Shown: piece after piece, positions 41,546 to 54,479 of the stretch | Position numbering within the stretch: position 1 is the first letter of the stretch | Layout of the letters: each line of letters begins with the position of its first letter | From: Phoronis australis | Taxonomy: Eukaryota; Animalia; Phoronida | Assembly (NCBI GenBank): GCA_002633005.1 | Contig: NMRA01000209.1 | Span: 420,429 to 484,428 of the forward strand | Length of the DNA stretch: 64,000 nt | Reading direction: 5' to 3' | Program-made: the position numbers and the translations under genes | Notes under the pieces: generated by a model | Seen by the model: the letters and a program-made list of their open reading frames with translations, nothing else | Database searches by the model: none | Told to the model about the DNA's origin: nothing

Positions 41546-44500
41546 TTTTTTAAGTTTCCATAATCCCTTCTAGCTTATACATATAGAGTTCGGCAAATGT
41601 TTTCTCTCTATAAGCGTACCTCAATATTCCCTGTTTTGTGATTTCAACGAATACTCAATGTGTCTCAGCAAATGCATTATAAATATCTCATTAAGTGATA
41701 AAAGGGATTTCCAACTAAAACCTCATCAATGTACTCTCTGTGTCACGGGTTGCGTATTTTGACTCCTGTTAATTTCTTGTTAATGTTATGAATTGATACG
41801 CTTGAAATAAGTAATCAAATCCTACATGTAGGTATTGGCTTGTTACCATCCATGTAACTCGCCAAGTCTTCAATTTTGCATTTTCATGATATGTTTTTCT
41901 TGTTATTAACGTGTCACACGTAAAATGCTCTCAATTTGGTTATGCCTGAAGCTTTTTTCAAAGAGACCAGATTATAAAATTCAAATTGATGCCAGATGAG
42001 TAAATTTGCTGGAAACAGTTGTTTATGTTTGAAAAAAGGTGGCAGACATTACCTTGGATATAGCATATAGATCATGGCTTCAGAACACAATTTGAAAAAA
42101 AAATTCCGCAAGGAGATCGCAACTTGTTGGTGATGTATCTCTTTGCTCTTTTCAAGAACGGTGGTGTTGTTCTACAGTATGGCCTATTGGTTGTTTTCTT
42201 TTGTAAGTAAACCCCATGTTGCAATAGTGCCGTTGTACATACATTTCCGCGAAAAGGAATGAATTAAGTCTTCGTATAGGGATGTTTTGTGAACATAGTG
42301 TTGGTCAAAGGCTTTCATCATTGATTACCTTTGCTTCTAGGAAATAGAAAAAGAAAAAATCGCTGGAGATTTTATACCTTAAAAGCAGCAATCGTTGCAT
42401 ACATTGTCTAGCTATTACCGTATCAAACTTGTAGAGCTGTAATGGAAGCCAGAGTGTACTTGTTATGGTGTAGCGACTATAGGTATTCGATCTGGATTGA
42501 AATGACAGGTTTAAAGAAGTTTCAATAAAATAAAGACAGAATCGTGTCTCTTCTATAAACTGTGAACGACCGGCTACGGAAACAACGAAATCTGACCTCA
42601 ATAAAATACATCGTCAACGAGCATGATTGAAATACTTTGACGCTCGCGTGCGTGATACATGTACAATCACGCTGTTCTGAAGTCCTGACTTTTTCGTGAA
42701 GCTTAAAGACCATTATAGCTAAATGGACTGTTTAATTACATTAATTAAACTCTACGCAGTAATAAGACTATTCACCTTAGTTTGCTCCAATAGTTTGTGA
42801 GGCCAGTATTTCTGTATATTTTAAAGATTTTCTTTGAAAATGTTTATGCAAGTAATCCGGTTGGATACTGCTTTCCCTCGCTCAATGTCGCTTCCAGAAG
42901 AGAGAGAAAGATTACTTTGATTATCGGGTTTTTTTCTAGAAAGAAATCCACCGCTCATCGGAACTGTATTATGTACATGTATAAGAGTACACTCCATATA
43001 CCCTGTTTTGTGATTTCAACCAATTCTCGACCTGACACCAGCTAAATGCACTATTGAAATCTCAATTGAGTGATAAAAAGCAGTTTTCATCTAAAAACTC
43101 ATACATATACTCCCTGTGTCACAGGTTGCGTATTGTGGTTCTTGTTTTAAAAATAGTGCGGTCCACACGAGTGGCCGCCATTCTGGTCGGATGCGAACAG
43201 AAACGTATGAAGTCACCCTGTCGTGCAATTGTTAGAATTCCTAGGTGGACTAAAATGCGTTGACCGGAATTTCAGTTCACGTATTCAAAGTCGCAAAAGC
43301 AGCATTTGAATTGGTTATTCTCTCGTAAACATTTGCTCTCAAAGCGGGTTTACCTGCCTTGCCTGTACTTGAGGTTTTTATGAATTCACTTTATAAATTT
43401 AAAATACGTGGGAATGGGCATTGTTCAAAAATGCCGGCCATTTGTCTTGAGATGTTATGCTTCACCTAGTGTCCAACAAAGCTAATATTGTAGTTTTGAT
43501 TTCAAATTCAAATAACCCCAGTGAAGATCTATATTTCATCCAGATTACACTAACAGTTTTATCTTTCCCAATGTCTTTCCTTGGCTTATGCGAAAAACAG
43601 ACGGTCATACATTTGTTATTCTTTGATAATACATATGAGAAAAAGTTATCTTGCTTTTAAATCAATATATAATAATGATAATTTCATATTGATGTTATAA
43701 GTTGATACGCTTGAAATAAGTCATCAAATCTTACATGTAGGTATTGGCTTGTTATCATACATGTAACTCGCCAAGTCTTCAATTTTGCATGTTTGTGATA
43801 CATTTACTTGTTATCAGCACGTCACACGTAAACTGTTTTCACTTTGGCTATGCCTGATGCTTTTTTCAAAGAAACCAACCAATAAAACTCAAAGAGATGC
43901 CAGATGAGTTAACTTGTAGGAAACAGTTGGCAATGATTGAAATTGGTGGCAGACATTACCTTTGAGATAGCATCCAGTTCATGGCTTTGCAACTTGTTGG
44001 TGATGTATCTATTTGCTCTTTTCAAAAACGGTATTCTTCTATATTGTAACCAAAAGGACTTTATTGTTTTATAAATAAAATCCCATGTTGCAGTAATGAT
44101 ATTGCACTTACTTTGCCCCGAAACGTAAGGCACGAAGTCTTTGTATTGGTATTTACTTAAAACGTTTTTTGTAGAAAGTCTTGATCAATGTGTCGCATCG
44201 TCGCTCACTTTTGCTTCTAGGAACAAGAAAAAAGGATTGGTGATTTTTCATCTTAAAGCTGCAATCGTTGCATACATTGTCTAGTTATTTCCGTATCAAA
44301 TCTTTTGAAACTATAATGGAAACCAGAGGCTACTAGTTATTGTGTAGCGACTATGGGTATTCAATTTTGATTGATATGCCAAGTTTAACGAAGCTTCAAT
44401 GAAATAATGATCCAATTGTGTATATTTCATAGACTATGAACGACCGGCGATGGAGGCAACGACATTGTGACATAAATAAAATAGATCCGACACCAAACCT

Positions 44501-47500
44501 TGCCAACAAGACTAATTGAAAAATTTTATTGCTTGGTATGATCACACTGCTTAGACGTTCTACTTTTTGTGTGAAATTTAAAGGCCATTATAGCCAAATG
44601 GAATTTTTACTGTTATTAAACAATCTTGATGCTGCAATAAGATTATTGTACTCACTTCGCCAACTAAAGTTTTTGACGCCAGTATATCTGTACATGTACG
44701 TTTTAAAGATTTCTTTCCGAAAGTTTTATTCAAGTAATCCGGTAGGATTCTGCTTTACCTCGCACGCTTTTTCTTGTAGAAGAGAGAGGAAGATTGTAAT
44801 GTTTATTGGCGTTTAACTTAAAAAAAAATCCATCGTTCATGGGAACTGTAATTTCTAAAAGTTTGCTCTCAAAATACTCAGTTTTGTGATTTTAACGTAT
44901 TCTCAATGTGTCTCATCAAATGCATCATTGGCATCTCACTTGAGTGATAAAAAGCGGTTTCCAACTAAAATCTCATAAATGTACTCTCTGTGTCACGGGT
45001 TGCGTATTGTGGTTCTTGTTTAAAAACAATGCAGTTCACATGAGTTGCTGCCATTCTGGTCGGTTTTGAACGGAAATGTACTAATAAACCGGGTCGCGCA
45101 ATAGCTAGATTTCTAAGATGGACTATACATATGTAAATAAAACAACAAGAATGGATCAACTGAAATTTTCGGATATAATAACGGCCTCCGTCAACAGAAC
45201 AGAAATAAAGTAAAATCAAACACTGTATGACAATTGACATTTAAGATGTGGCGTAATGAATATGATACATTGTTGCGGAAATAATTAAATGATATAATTT
45301 AAGAAGTTTTTATGTTTAATCCGTGAGTTTCTAGTGTGTTGAGCTATAATGCGCTGACCGAAATCTAAGCTCACGTATTCCAACTCGTCACAAAAGCAGC
45401 GTTTGAATTGGTTATGTCTTGTAGACCTTTGGTCTCAAAGGTCTCGCTGCCTCTCCGCCACTTATTGTTCTTTTATGAATTATCTTTGTGAAAATACGTG
45501 GGAATGAGCATTGTTTAAATTTGCCGGCCATTTGTGTTGAGATAATATGATGCACCTAGAAAACAACAATGCTAATACTGTAGTTTTGATTTAAAATTCA
45601 AATAACTGCACTGAAAATTATACCTATATTACACTGTCAGTTTTATCGTACCCAATGCATTTCGGTGGCTTCTACGAAAAGCAGACGATCATACATTTGT
45701 TAGTCTGTGATAATACAGATGAGTAAAAGTTATCTTCTTTTTAAATCAATATATAATTATGTTAAATTCTTGGTGATGTTATGAATTGATACGCTTGAAG
45801 TAAGTCATCAAATCTTACATGTACATGTAGGTATTGGCATGTTACCATACATGTAACTCGCTACGTCTTCGATTTTGCATGTTCATGGTCTTTTTTCTTG
45901 TTTTTAGCTTGTCATACGAAAAATGCTTTCAATTTGGTAATGCCTGAAGCTTTTTTTCAAAGAGACCAGCCTTTAAAACTCAAATTGATGCCAGATGAGT
46001 AAATTTGCAGGAAACAGTTGGTTATGTTTGAAAAAAGTTGGCAGACATTACCAAGCAGATAGCAACCAGATAGTGGCTTCAGTAGACAAACATTTTTTCC
46101 GAAAGGAGATCGGAACTTGTTGGTGATGTATCTCTTTGCTCTTTTCAAGAACGGTGTTATTCTATATTATAGCCAAATGGATTTTTTCTTTTATAAATAA
46201 AACCCCATGTTGCAATAATGCTATTGCACTTTAATTAAGTCTTCGTACAGGGATTTATTTAAATTGTTTTGTGAAGATGGTCTCGGTCAAAGGCTCTCAT
46301 CTTTGCTTGCTTTTGCTACTAGGAAATAGAAAAAGAAAAAATCACTGCGGATTTTTCACCTAAAAAGCAGTAATCGTTGCATACATTGTCTAGCTATTAC
46401 GTACCAAACTTGTAGAACGGTAACGGAAGCAATGGTGTACTTGATATGGTGTAGCGACTATGGGTATTTGATTTTGATTTGGATTCGTATGACAGGTTTA
46501 ACGAAGTTTCAATGAAATAAAGAAAAAATCGCAACTCTTCTTTAGACTGTGAACGACCGCCTACGGAAACAACGAAATCTGACCTCATCAAATGCCATAA
46601 CTTGTCAACGATTCTAACTGAAAGATTTTTGAAGAACGCATGCGTGATGCATGTGCAATCACGCTGCTGCGAAGTTCCGACTTTTCTCGTGAAGCTTAAA
46701 GACCATTATAGCGAAATGGAATTTTTAATTACATTTATAAAACTCCATGCTGCAATTAGACTATTCACCTTACTTCGATCCTATAGTTTGTGAGGCCAGT
46801 ATTTCTGTACGTTTTGAAGATTTTTTCGAAAACATTTATGCAAATAATCCTGTTGCATTCTGCTTTACCTCGCTCGTTTTCGCTTCGTGAAGAGAGAGAG
46901 AAAGATTATGCTGGTTATTGGGTTTTAACCTAAAAAGCATCCATCATTCACGGGAACTGTACTTTCTATAAGATTACACTCAATATACCCTGTTAGGTGA
47001 TTTTAACGAATTCTCACGGTGTCACCCGCTAATGCATTATTGGCATCTCACTGGAGTAATGAAAACCGTTTTCATCTAAAAATTCATACATGTACTCTTT
47101 GTCCCAGAGGTTGCGTATTGTGGTTCTTGTGTTGAAACTGCAGCAGTTCACATGAGTTGCCGCTATTCTGGTCGGATGTGAACGGAAATGTACATGTACG
47201 AATTCACCGGGTCGGGCAATGGTTAGAATCCCAAGATGGACTAATTTGCTAACAAAGGTCTCACTGCCTCGCCTCCACATATGGTTCTTTTGTGAAGTCC
47301 CTTCGTGAAAATACGTGGAAATGACCATTGTATTACACTAACAGTTTTATCTTTCCCGATGCGTTTCCTTGGCTTCTGCAATAAGCAGACGACTATACTG
47401 TACACTTGATATTCTTTGATAATACAGATAAATATGTCATCTTCTTTTTACGTCAATATATAACTACTTGTTGATGTTACTAATTGATACTTTTGTAATA

Positions 47501-50500
47501 AGTCATCAAATCCTAAGTAGTGTCTTGTTACCGTACTTGAAACTCGCTATGTCTTCGATTTTGCATGTTCATGATATATTTTTGTTATTAGCATGCCACA
47601 GGTACATGTAAACTACTTTCAGTTTGGATAAGCTTGACGCTTTTTCAGAGACAAACCAATAAACTCAAAATGATGTCAGGTGAGTAAATTGGTAGGGAAA
47701 AGTTGGTCATATTTGAAAAAATGGTGCTTAAGTAGACATACACTTTTTCCTGCTGGGGTCTCACGTTGTTGGTTATGTACCTCTTTGCTCTTTTCAAGAA
47801 CGGTGTTCGTCTGTATAATAACGCTTATTCTTAAGGAATTTAGTCTTCCAATTAGGATTTTTAAAAGGTTTTGTTTGGAAAATCTTGGTAAAATTGTCTC
47901 ATCTCCGCATGCATTTGTTTCTACAACAGAGAGAAAGAAGTAATGGTGATTTTCTCACATAAAAAGTAGCAATCGTTCATGGGAGCTGAATTTCAATGAA
48001 AAGTAGACTCCATATACCCTGTTTCGGATATCAACGAATCCTTAATTTGTCCCCTGCTAATGCATGTTTAAAATAAACTTAGATTTAGCAAGCATTCCAA
48101 AATGAAACTAACTCGACTAAATTGTTAGACTGCAAGTACATCAGCAGCGTATTTCACCAATCACAGTACCACCGTGTAATCATTCGCACGTGGAAACCCA
48201 GGGTAACTTCCCTGTTGATCACACGCAGTCATACACATTGAAGTAGATGCAAGTGCCTAATGGTTCATGGTCTTAGTAGTAAGAGAATAAGTACTGAGGC
48301 CTGGCCATGTTTAGAGTAACAGTGTAAGTTAACTAATATTTAATACGCAGCGTGCGCTACGACTAAACTGTCATCACACAATTTGAGATTCTTTTTTCTA
48401 AGGGAGCGGCATTCCTCAGCTATAGCCCTTTCCGGAAAGTTCGCACTTCTGTAACACATGTTTGTGTTTGACTCAGTCCTATCATATTCAACACATTTTA
48501 GTGAATATGCAAACAATCACAGTAACAACAGCAACGAGATACCAGTAGCGTATCTCAAGATCGTTAGAGGCTGACACTCATTCAGCTTATGTGTGCGTGC
48601 AACATGCATACATTGTCTAGTTAGTGCCATATCAAACTTGTGAAACTGTAATGGAAACCAGAGTGTACTTGCTATGGTGTAGAGATGAAGGCTATTGAAT
48701 TAGATGCCTATTTTGAAATAGTTTTATATGAAACAAAGACAAGTTCGTGTCTATTTCATATTATCTGAACGACAGGCGGTGGGAACAACGAATATGAGAC
48801 ATAAATGTTATCCATCAGACGCTACATGTACATGTATGTGTCCTCAGCAAGACCTATTGAGAAACCTCCTGACGCATGCATGTAATGCGGCGTAGTCTGA
48901 TCACGCTCCTCAGATGTTACGACATGTTGCATGAAATTTAAAGACCATTGTAGTCAAATGGAAGTGTTATTTTTATCAATTTAACGTCATGTCGCAATAA
49001 GACTATTGTACTTACAGCCCCTCTAAACCTCATGATCAAACCTTATCGGTACTATCTTTGAATATTTTTTGAATTACTTGTGTAAGTAATCACTCCGGTA
49101 TCGTTTAATCTTTTCTCGTTTTCGCTTCTGGAAAAGAGGGAAAGAATAATTATGTAATTTGAGTTTCACCTAAGCAGCAGCAATCGCTCATAGGAACTGG
49201 ATTTCTTTAAAAATGCACTCTGTATACCCGGTTTTGTGATATCAACAAATTCTATCTGTGTCACTTGCATACATGTATGCATGAGTGACACCTTGCTTGA
49301 GTTACAAAAGCAGGTTCCAACTAAATACTCATACATGTACATGTACTCTCTGTGTTATACGGTGAGTATTTTGGTTCTTGCCCAGTACCCCTTTAAAGCG
49401 TGGCTTATTATTGTCCCTTCAGCAAATTCTATATTAAGCAGTTTTAAAGGCCACTACAGGGGAAAACCTAAAAGCACTCTAGGGGTCACCTTTGCCATTC
49501 AGTTAAGACTTTGTGCATGGCTCTAATACAAAAATGTTGCATTTGTTGACCTCTTAAGATTGCCAGCATGGAAGAATTATGCAAAATGCAGTAATGTTGG
49601 AACATGACTCCCCATCAATTTTGAAGTTGTTGTCTTATTACTATCTCTTGAGTTGATTTAATTCCCAATTGCGTCATGACTCTCGCAATAAAAACAGAAA
49701 ACAAGTAGTTCAGAACACATTTAAGTCTGCTCAAAAGTATTCATCATTAGGTTACTAAGTCTATAAACCTTGGGGCTGTTACACAAATTAGAATAAATTA
49801 AGCGATTTAAGGTTTTCCAGTAGGCTGAAATAAAAGCAGGTTTTACTTGCTGCATCACAATCATGTCCTTGCTCATAGAGTACATACCTACTGATCACGG
49901 TCTTGGCAGTCATGCACGTAGAAATAAATACCCCAATGGTTGATGGTCTTGGCAGAAAAAGAGTTGGTACCCAACTAAAACATGGCCATATTTACAGACT
50001 CAGAGTAAGCAAACTGATATGTAATACGCAGTTTGCGTTACAACTTAAGTGTCAAGAAACAGTTTGAGTTTTTTTTCTAAGGGAGCGGCATTCTTCAACT
50101 ATAACCCTTTCTGGCATGTTCACACTTCTGTAAGACCTATTTGTGTGACTCAGTCCTATCATTTCCAAAACATTTTAGTGAATATGCAAACAATCACAGT
50201 AACAACAGCAACGAGATACCAGTAGCGTACTGTATCTCAAGATTGTTACAGGCTAACGCTAATTCAGCTTATGTTTGCGAGAACATAATATTTTGTCTAG
50301 TCAGTGCCATTTCAAACTTGTTCAACTGCAATGGAAACCAGAGTGTACTTGGTATGGTGTAGAAATTATGGTTATTGAATTAGATGCCTATTTTGAAGAA
50401 GTTTTGTATGAAATAAAGACAAGTTCTTTTCTATTCCATAGTTTCTGAACGACAGGCGATGGGAGCAACGAACATTTGACCTAAATATTATACACCAGAT

Positions 50501-53109
50501 GCCATATGCAGTCAGCAAGATTTGAGAAGCGTTCTGTCGCACGTCTGTAATGCGGCGTAGTTTAATCACGCTGCTTAGATGTTACATTTTGCGTGAAATT
50601 TAAGAGCACTGTAGTCAAATAGAATAATAATGTTGAAGTTTATTAATTAAATGCCATGTTGCAATAACATTATTGTACTTACCCCCACCCCCTCTAAACC
50701 TGATGTTTACGTTTTCATATGACTTTAGTATTTTCATTTTGAATTGGACCTTTCCAGCCTTGCTCGGTTTCGCTTCTAGAAAAGAGGGAAACAATAAATT
50801 AGTAATTTATTTTCACCTAAAAAGCCGCAATCGTTCATGGGAATTGAAATTCTTTAAAAGCGTATATGTATATACCCTGTTTTAAGATTTCAACAAAACC
50901 TTAATGTGCCACCTGCATAAATGTATGCATCACTGGCACGTCACTTGAGTTAAAAAAGCAGTTTTCATCTAAAAACACAGGTTGCGTATTGTTGTTCTTG
51001 TTAAAATGATGCGGTTCACATGAGTTGCCGCCATTCTGGTCGGATTTAAACGGAAATGTACTAATTCTCACACAGTTAGCACAACAGTTAGAATTCCCAG
51101 ATGGACTAACATGTTCTGACCGGAATATAAGCTCACGTATTCAAATTGGTCGCATAAGCAGCATTTGAATCGGTTATTCTCTTGTAGATATTTGCTCTCA
51201 AAGGTTTCCCTGCCTCGCCTTCACTTGTGGTTCTTTTGGAAATGAGCATTGTTCAAAGTTGCCAGACATTTGTCTTGAAATAGAATGATGCATACAGTGA
51301 CCAAAAAGCTAATGCTGTACCTTAGATTTTAAATCCAAGTTCCTTCACCCATATTACACTGTCAGTTTTATCTTTCCCAATGCTTTTACTTGGCTTCTGC
51401 AAAAAGTAGACGATCATACATTTGTTATTCTTGATAATACAGATGAGTAAAGGTTGTATTCTGTCACTATATAATTAAGTTAATTTTTTGTTAATCTTAT
51501 GAACTGATACGCTTGAAATAAGTCCTCAAATCCTATACACATGTATAGGTATTGGCTTGTTACCATACATGTACCTCGCCAAGTCTTCGATTTTGCAAGT
51601 TTGTGATATATTTTCTTGTTACTAGCATGTTACATGTACAAGTAAACTGCTCTCAGTTTGGTTATGCCTGGCGCTTTTTTCAAAGAGGCCAACCAATAAA
51701 ACTTAAAGTTAGGCCAGATGATTTCATTTGTAGGAAACAGTCGGTCATTTTTGGAAAAAGCTAGCAGACATTCCCTCGGAGATAGCATCCAGTTCATGGC
51801 TTAAGTAAACATACATCTTTTCGCAAAGAGATCGTTACTTGTTGGTGATGTATCTCTTCGCTCTTTTCAAGAACGGTATTCTTCTATATTATAACCAAAA
51901 GGACTTTATTATTTTATAAATAAAACCCCATGTTGCGATAATGCTATTGAACATACTTTGCCCCGAACCATAAGGAATTAATTCTTCGTATTGGGATACA
52001 TTTAAAACGTTTTGTGTAGATAGTCTTGGTCAAAGTGTCTCATCATTGTTCGCTTTTGCTTCCAGAAATAGAGAAAGAAAAAAGTATTGGTGATTGTTTC
52101 ACCTAAAAATCAGCAATCGTTGCATACAAAGTCTAGCGATTACAGTATCAAACTTGTGAAGCTGTAACGGAAGCCAAAGTGTAAATGTTATGGTGTAGTG
52201 ATTATGGTTATTCAATTTGGATTGATATGCCAAGTTTAACGAAGTTTCAATGAAATACAGACAAAATCATGTCTTTTCTATGCACTGTGAAAGATCGGCG
52301 ATGGGAACATCGAACATTTTGACCTCAATAAATTACATCTAATGCCATAACTTGTCAACGAGCCTAATTTAAAAACTTTTTGACGAACGCTTGTGTGACA
52401 CGATCACGCTGCTCCGAAATTCCACCTTTTTCGTTAAGTTTAAAGACCATTATAGACAAATGGGATTTGTAACTAAATTAATGAAACTCTACGTTGCAAT
52501 AAGACTATTCTCCATACTTATAAATTAGGAGGCCAGTATTTTTATACGTTTTAAGGTTTTTGTGTGAAAAGATTGATGCAAGTAATCCGGTTGGATTTTG
52601 CTTTAACTCGCTGGCTCCCGCTTAAAGAAAGATAGAAATATTATATTGGTTATTGGAATTTTTACCTAAAAAGCATCCATCGTTCATGGGAACGGTATTT
52701 TCTATTAGAGTACACTCAATATTCCCCGTTTTGTGATTTCAACGAAGGGAGCGGCATTCCTCAGCTATAGCCCTTTCCGGCACGTTCACACTTCTGTAAC
52801 ACCTGTTTGTGTGACTCAGTCCTATCATATCCAACACATTTTAGTGAATATGCCAACAATCACAGTAACAACAGCAACGAGTTATTTAGGTGATTTAAGG
52901 TTTTCCAGTAGGATGAAATAAAATATCAGGTTTTACCTGTTGCATCACAATCAGGTGAAGTTCTTGCTCATAGAGTACGTACCTATTGATCACGGTCTTG
53001 GCAGTAATGCACGAAGAAGTAAGTAACCTAATGCTTCAAGGTCAGAAGTAGAGTAGGTACCCAACTAAAACATGGTCAAATTCACAGACAAAGAGTAAGT
53101 AAACTGAAA

Positions 53110-53460
53110 TAACTCTATGACCGCCTAACCAATTTGAAAAATTAAAAAACTTGTATAAATGACATTTCTAAAGCTACCATTTAAGACTATTCAAGTGTTT
53201 CTTATAGTATTTGTATTTTTCTTTGCCCTGACAGCTCTATTTTGTAAATTGTAGTTTGCAAATTGTGTTTTGTATTCCTTTCTCAGAAATGTAGACAACT
53301 TTTTATGGAATGTTGTTATGTTTTTCCTGTTTGCCATTGTAAAAACCAATTCCACTGTATATTTGTTTTGCCAATTTTCACTTAAACATTGTAAAGTAAG
53401 GCAGGGGATTCCCAGACCCCTGTTACTCCCTCAATGGAACTGGGAAAATAAAAAATATTG
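53110..53460 (+). mobile_element. Probable short 3' end of a CR1/L2-type LINE terminating the array
   Basis: T-rich 3'UTR-like tract, stem-loop gcagggga...cccctgt and AATAAA. No coding proof. Confidence 0.3.
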
Positions 53461-54479
53461 TCTTTTTTGTGTGTGCTGTACTGTCTGATAACCACCTAAA
53501 ATACCGTAACGGCTGACAGAACACCTTTCATAACCGGAGTCTTTCCTTCTCACGTTCTCTGATTTCACATCTTGTGGTATTTTGTTTCAGTTGGTGGTTT
53601 TAGTTCATGTTATTATATAAATTTTTTCTTCTGCGGGCAAAAATATAGCACTTAAAACTGCAATCCCTTCACTGTGTATTAAGTGCAAAAACTTAATTTA
53701 TAAAAATGTACTATACAGATTTCCTTGCGAACATTGAATACACGTTGGTGTCACAAAACCCTGCAGAAAATAACAGTGCTAACTGTTCCTTCCAAATTTT
53801 GACTTCTTCAATTCAATACAGAATATCCCTCCAACATTTAATATTGGGACTGATTCTATTGTGGCAAATGAATATTCACGCTCAGTACTATACTGAAAAT
53901 TAGCTGTTTTTTTAAAAAGCCATAGAAGAGACCTGGGAATCGTTCACGTCCACAAAACCCCGTTCCAGGTAAAACTGTTGGTTCCATATTATGTTACAAA
54001 ATATTCTATTTATTTGTGATATTTACAACCTACATATATCCTTTTTATTTAGGGGATGTTCAGTAACAGAAAGAGAGAAATGGACTTCAGGTCTTACTCA
54101 GCATGAATTCCTTCATAATCATAAGTATCACTCGTCAAGACTCTGTGGAAACACGTCAATTCAGTCTTACGGTACTGAATTTATACAAACACTAACACTA
54201 CTGTACTTGCAGAAAAAAACCAGCTCATGCGACGGTATGTGTGAGCACGGGGAAAATCACCTGGAGACGTTTCTGACGTTAATAACTCATAAAGTATCTG
54301 AGTTATCTTGAATGTAAATCGGTAAATAAAACAACAAGAATGGATCAACTGAAATTTGAAATTTTCGGATGTAATAACTTCCTTTGTCCACAAAAACAGA
54401 AATAAATAAACAATAAACACGTTTTATTTGTACAAGTCTTAACAAATTCAAAAATCAAGCAACTCGACTCATTACGTCA

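Larger units (their letters stand above)
38091..41606 (-). mobile_element. 5'-truncated RTE-X-like LINE with (TA)n/(TAGA)n tail
   Basis: RT ORF at 40466-41545. C-terminal RLRCSAHALMIQKGRH...RLCPLC...ESEYHFVIECPFYDDLR. Microsatellite tail at 38091-38127. Interrupted by 38792-39918. Confidence 0.85.
33760..53105. repeat. Degenerate modular tandem array (macrosatellite-like, unit about 1.9-2.2 kb, about 8 full or partial units)
   Basis: Marker ctttgctcttttcaagaacggt recurs near 34600, 36777, 42141, 44012, 46133, 47783 and 51855. Marker gcagcatttgaa recurs near 33882, 36070, 43299, 45397 and 51158. All copies are in the same orientation. The array is interrupted at 37348-41606. Confidence 0.9.

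Noticed and set aside
33760-53105. Recurring short ORFs in the array (e.g. MKRAKRYITNK, MRSDFVVSV) and a possible CRISPR-like or gene-cluster reading
   Set aside because: Frames are not preserved between units, indels are not multiples of three, and there is no short repeat-unique spacer pattern.
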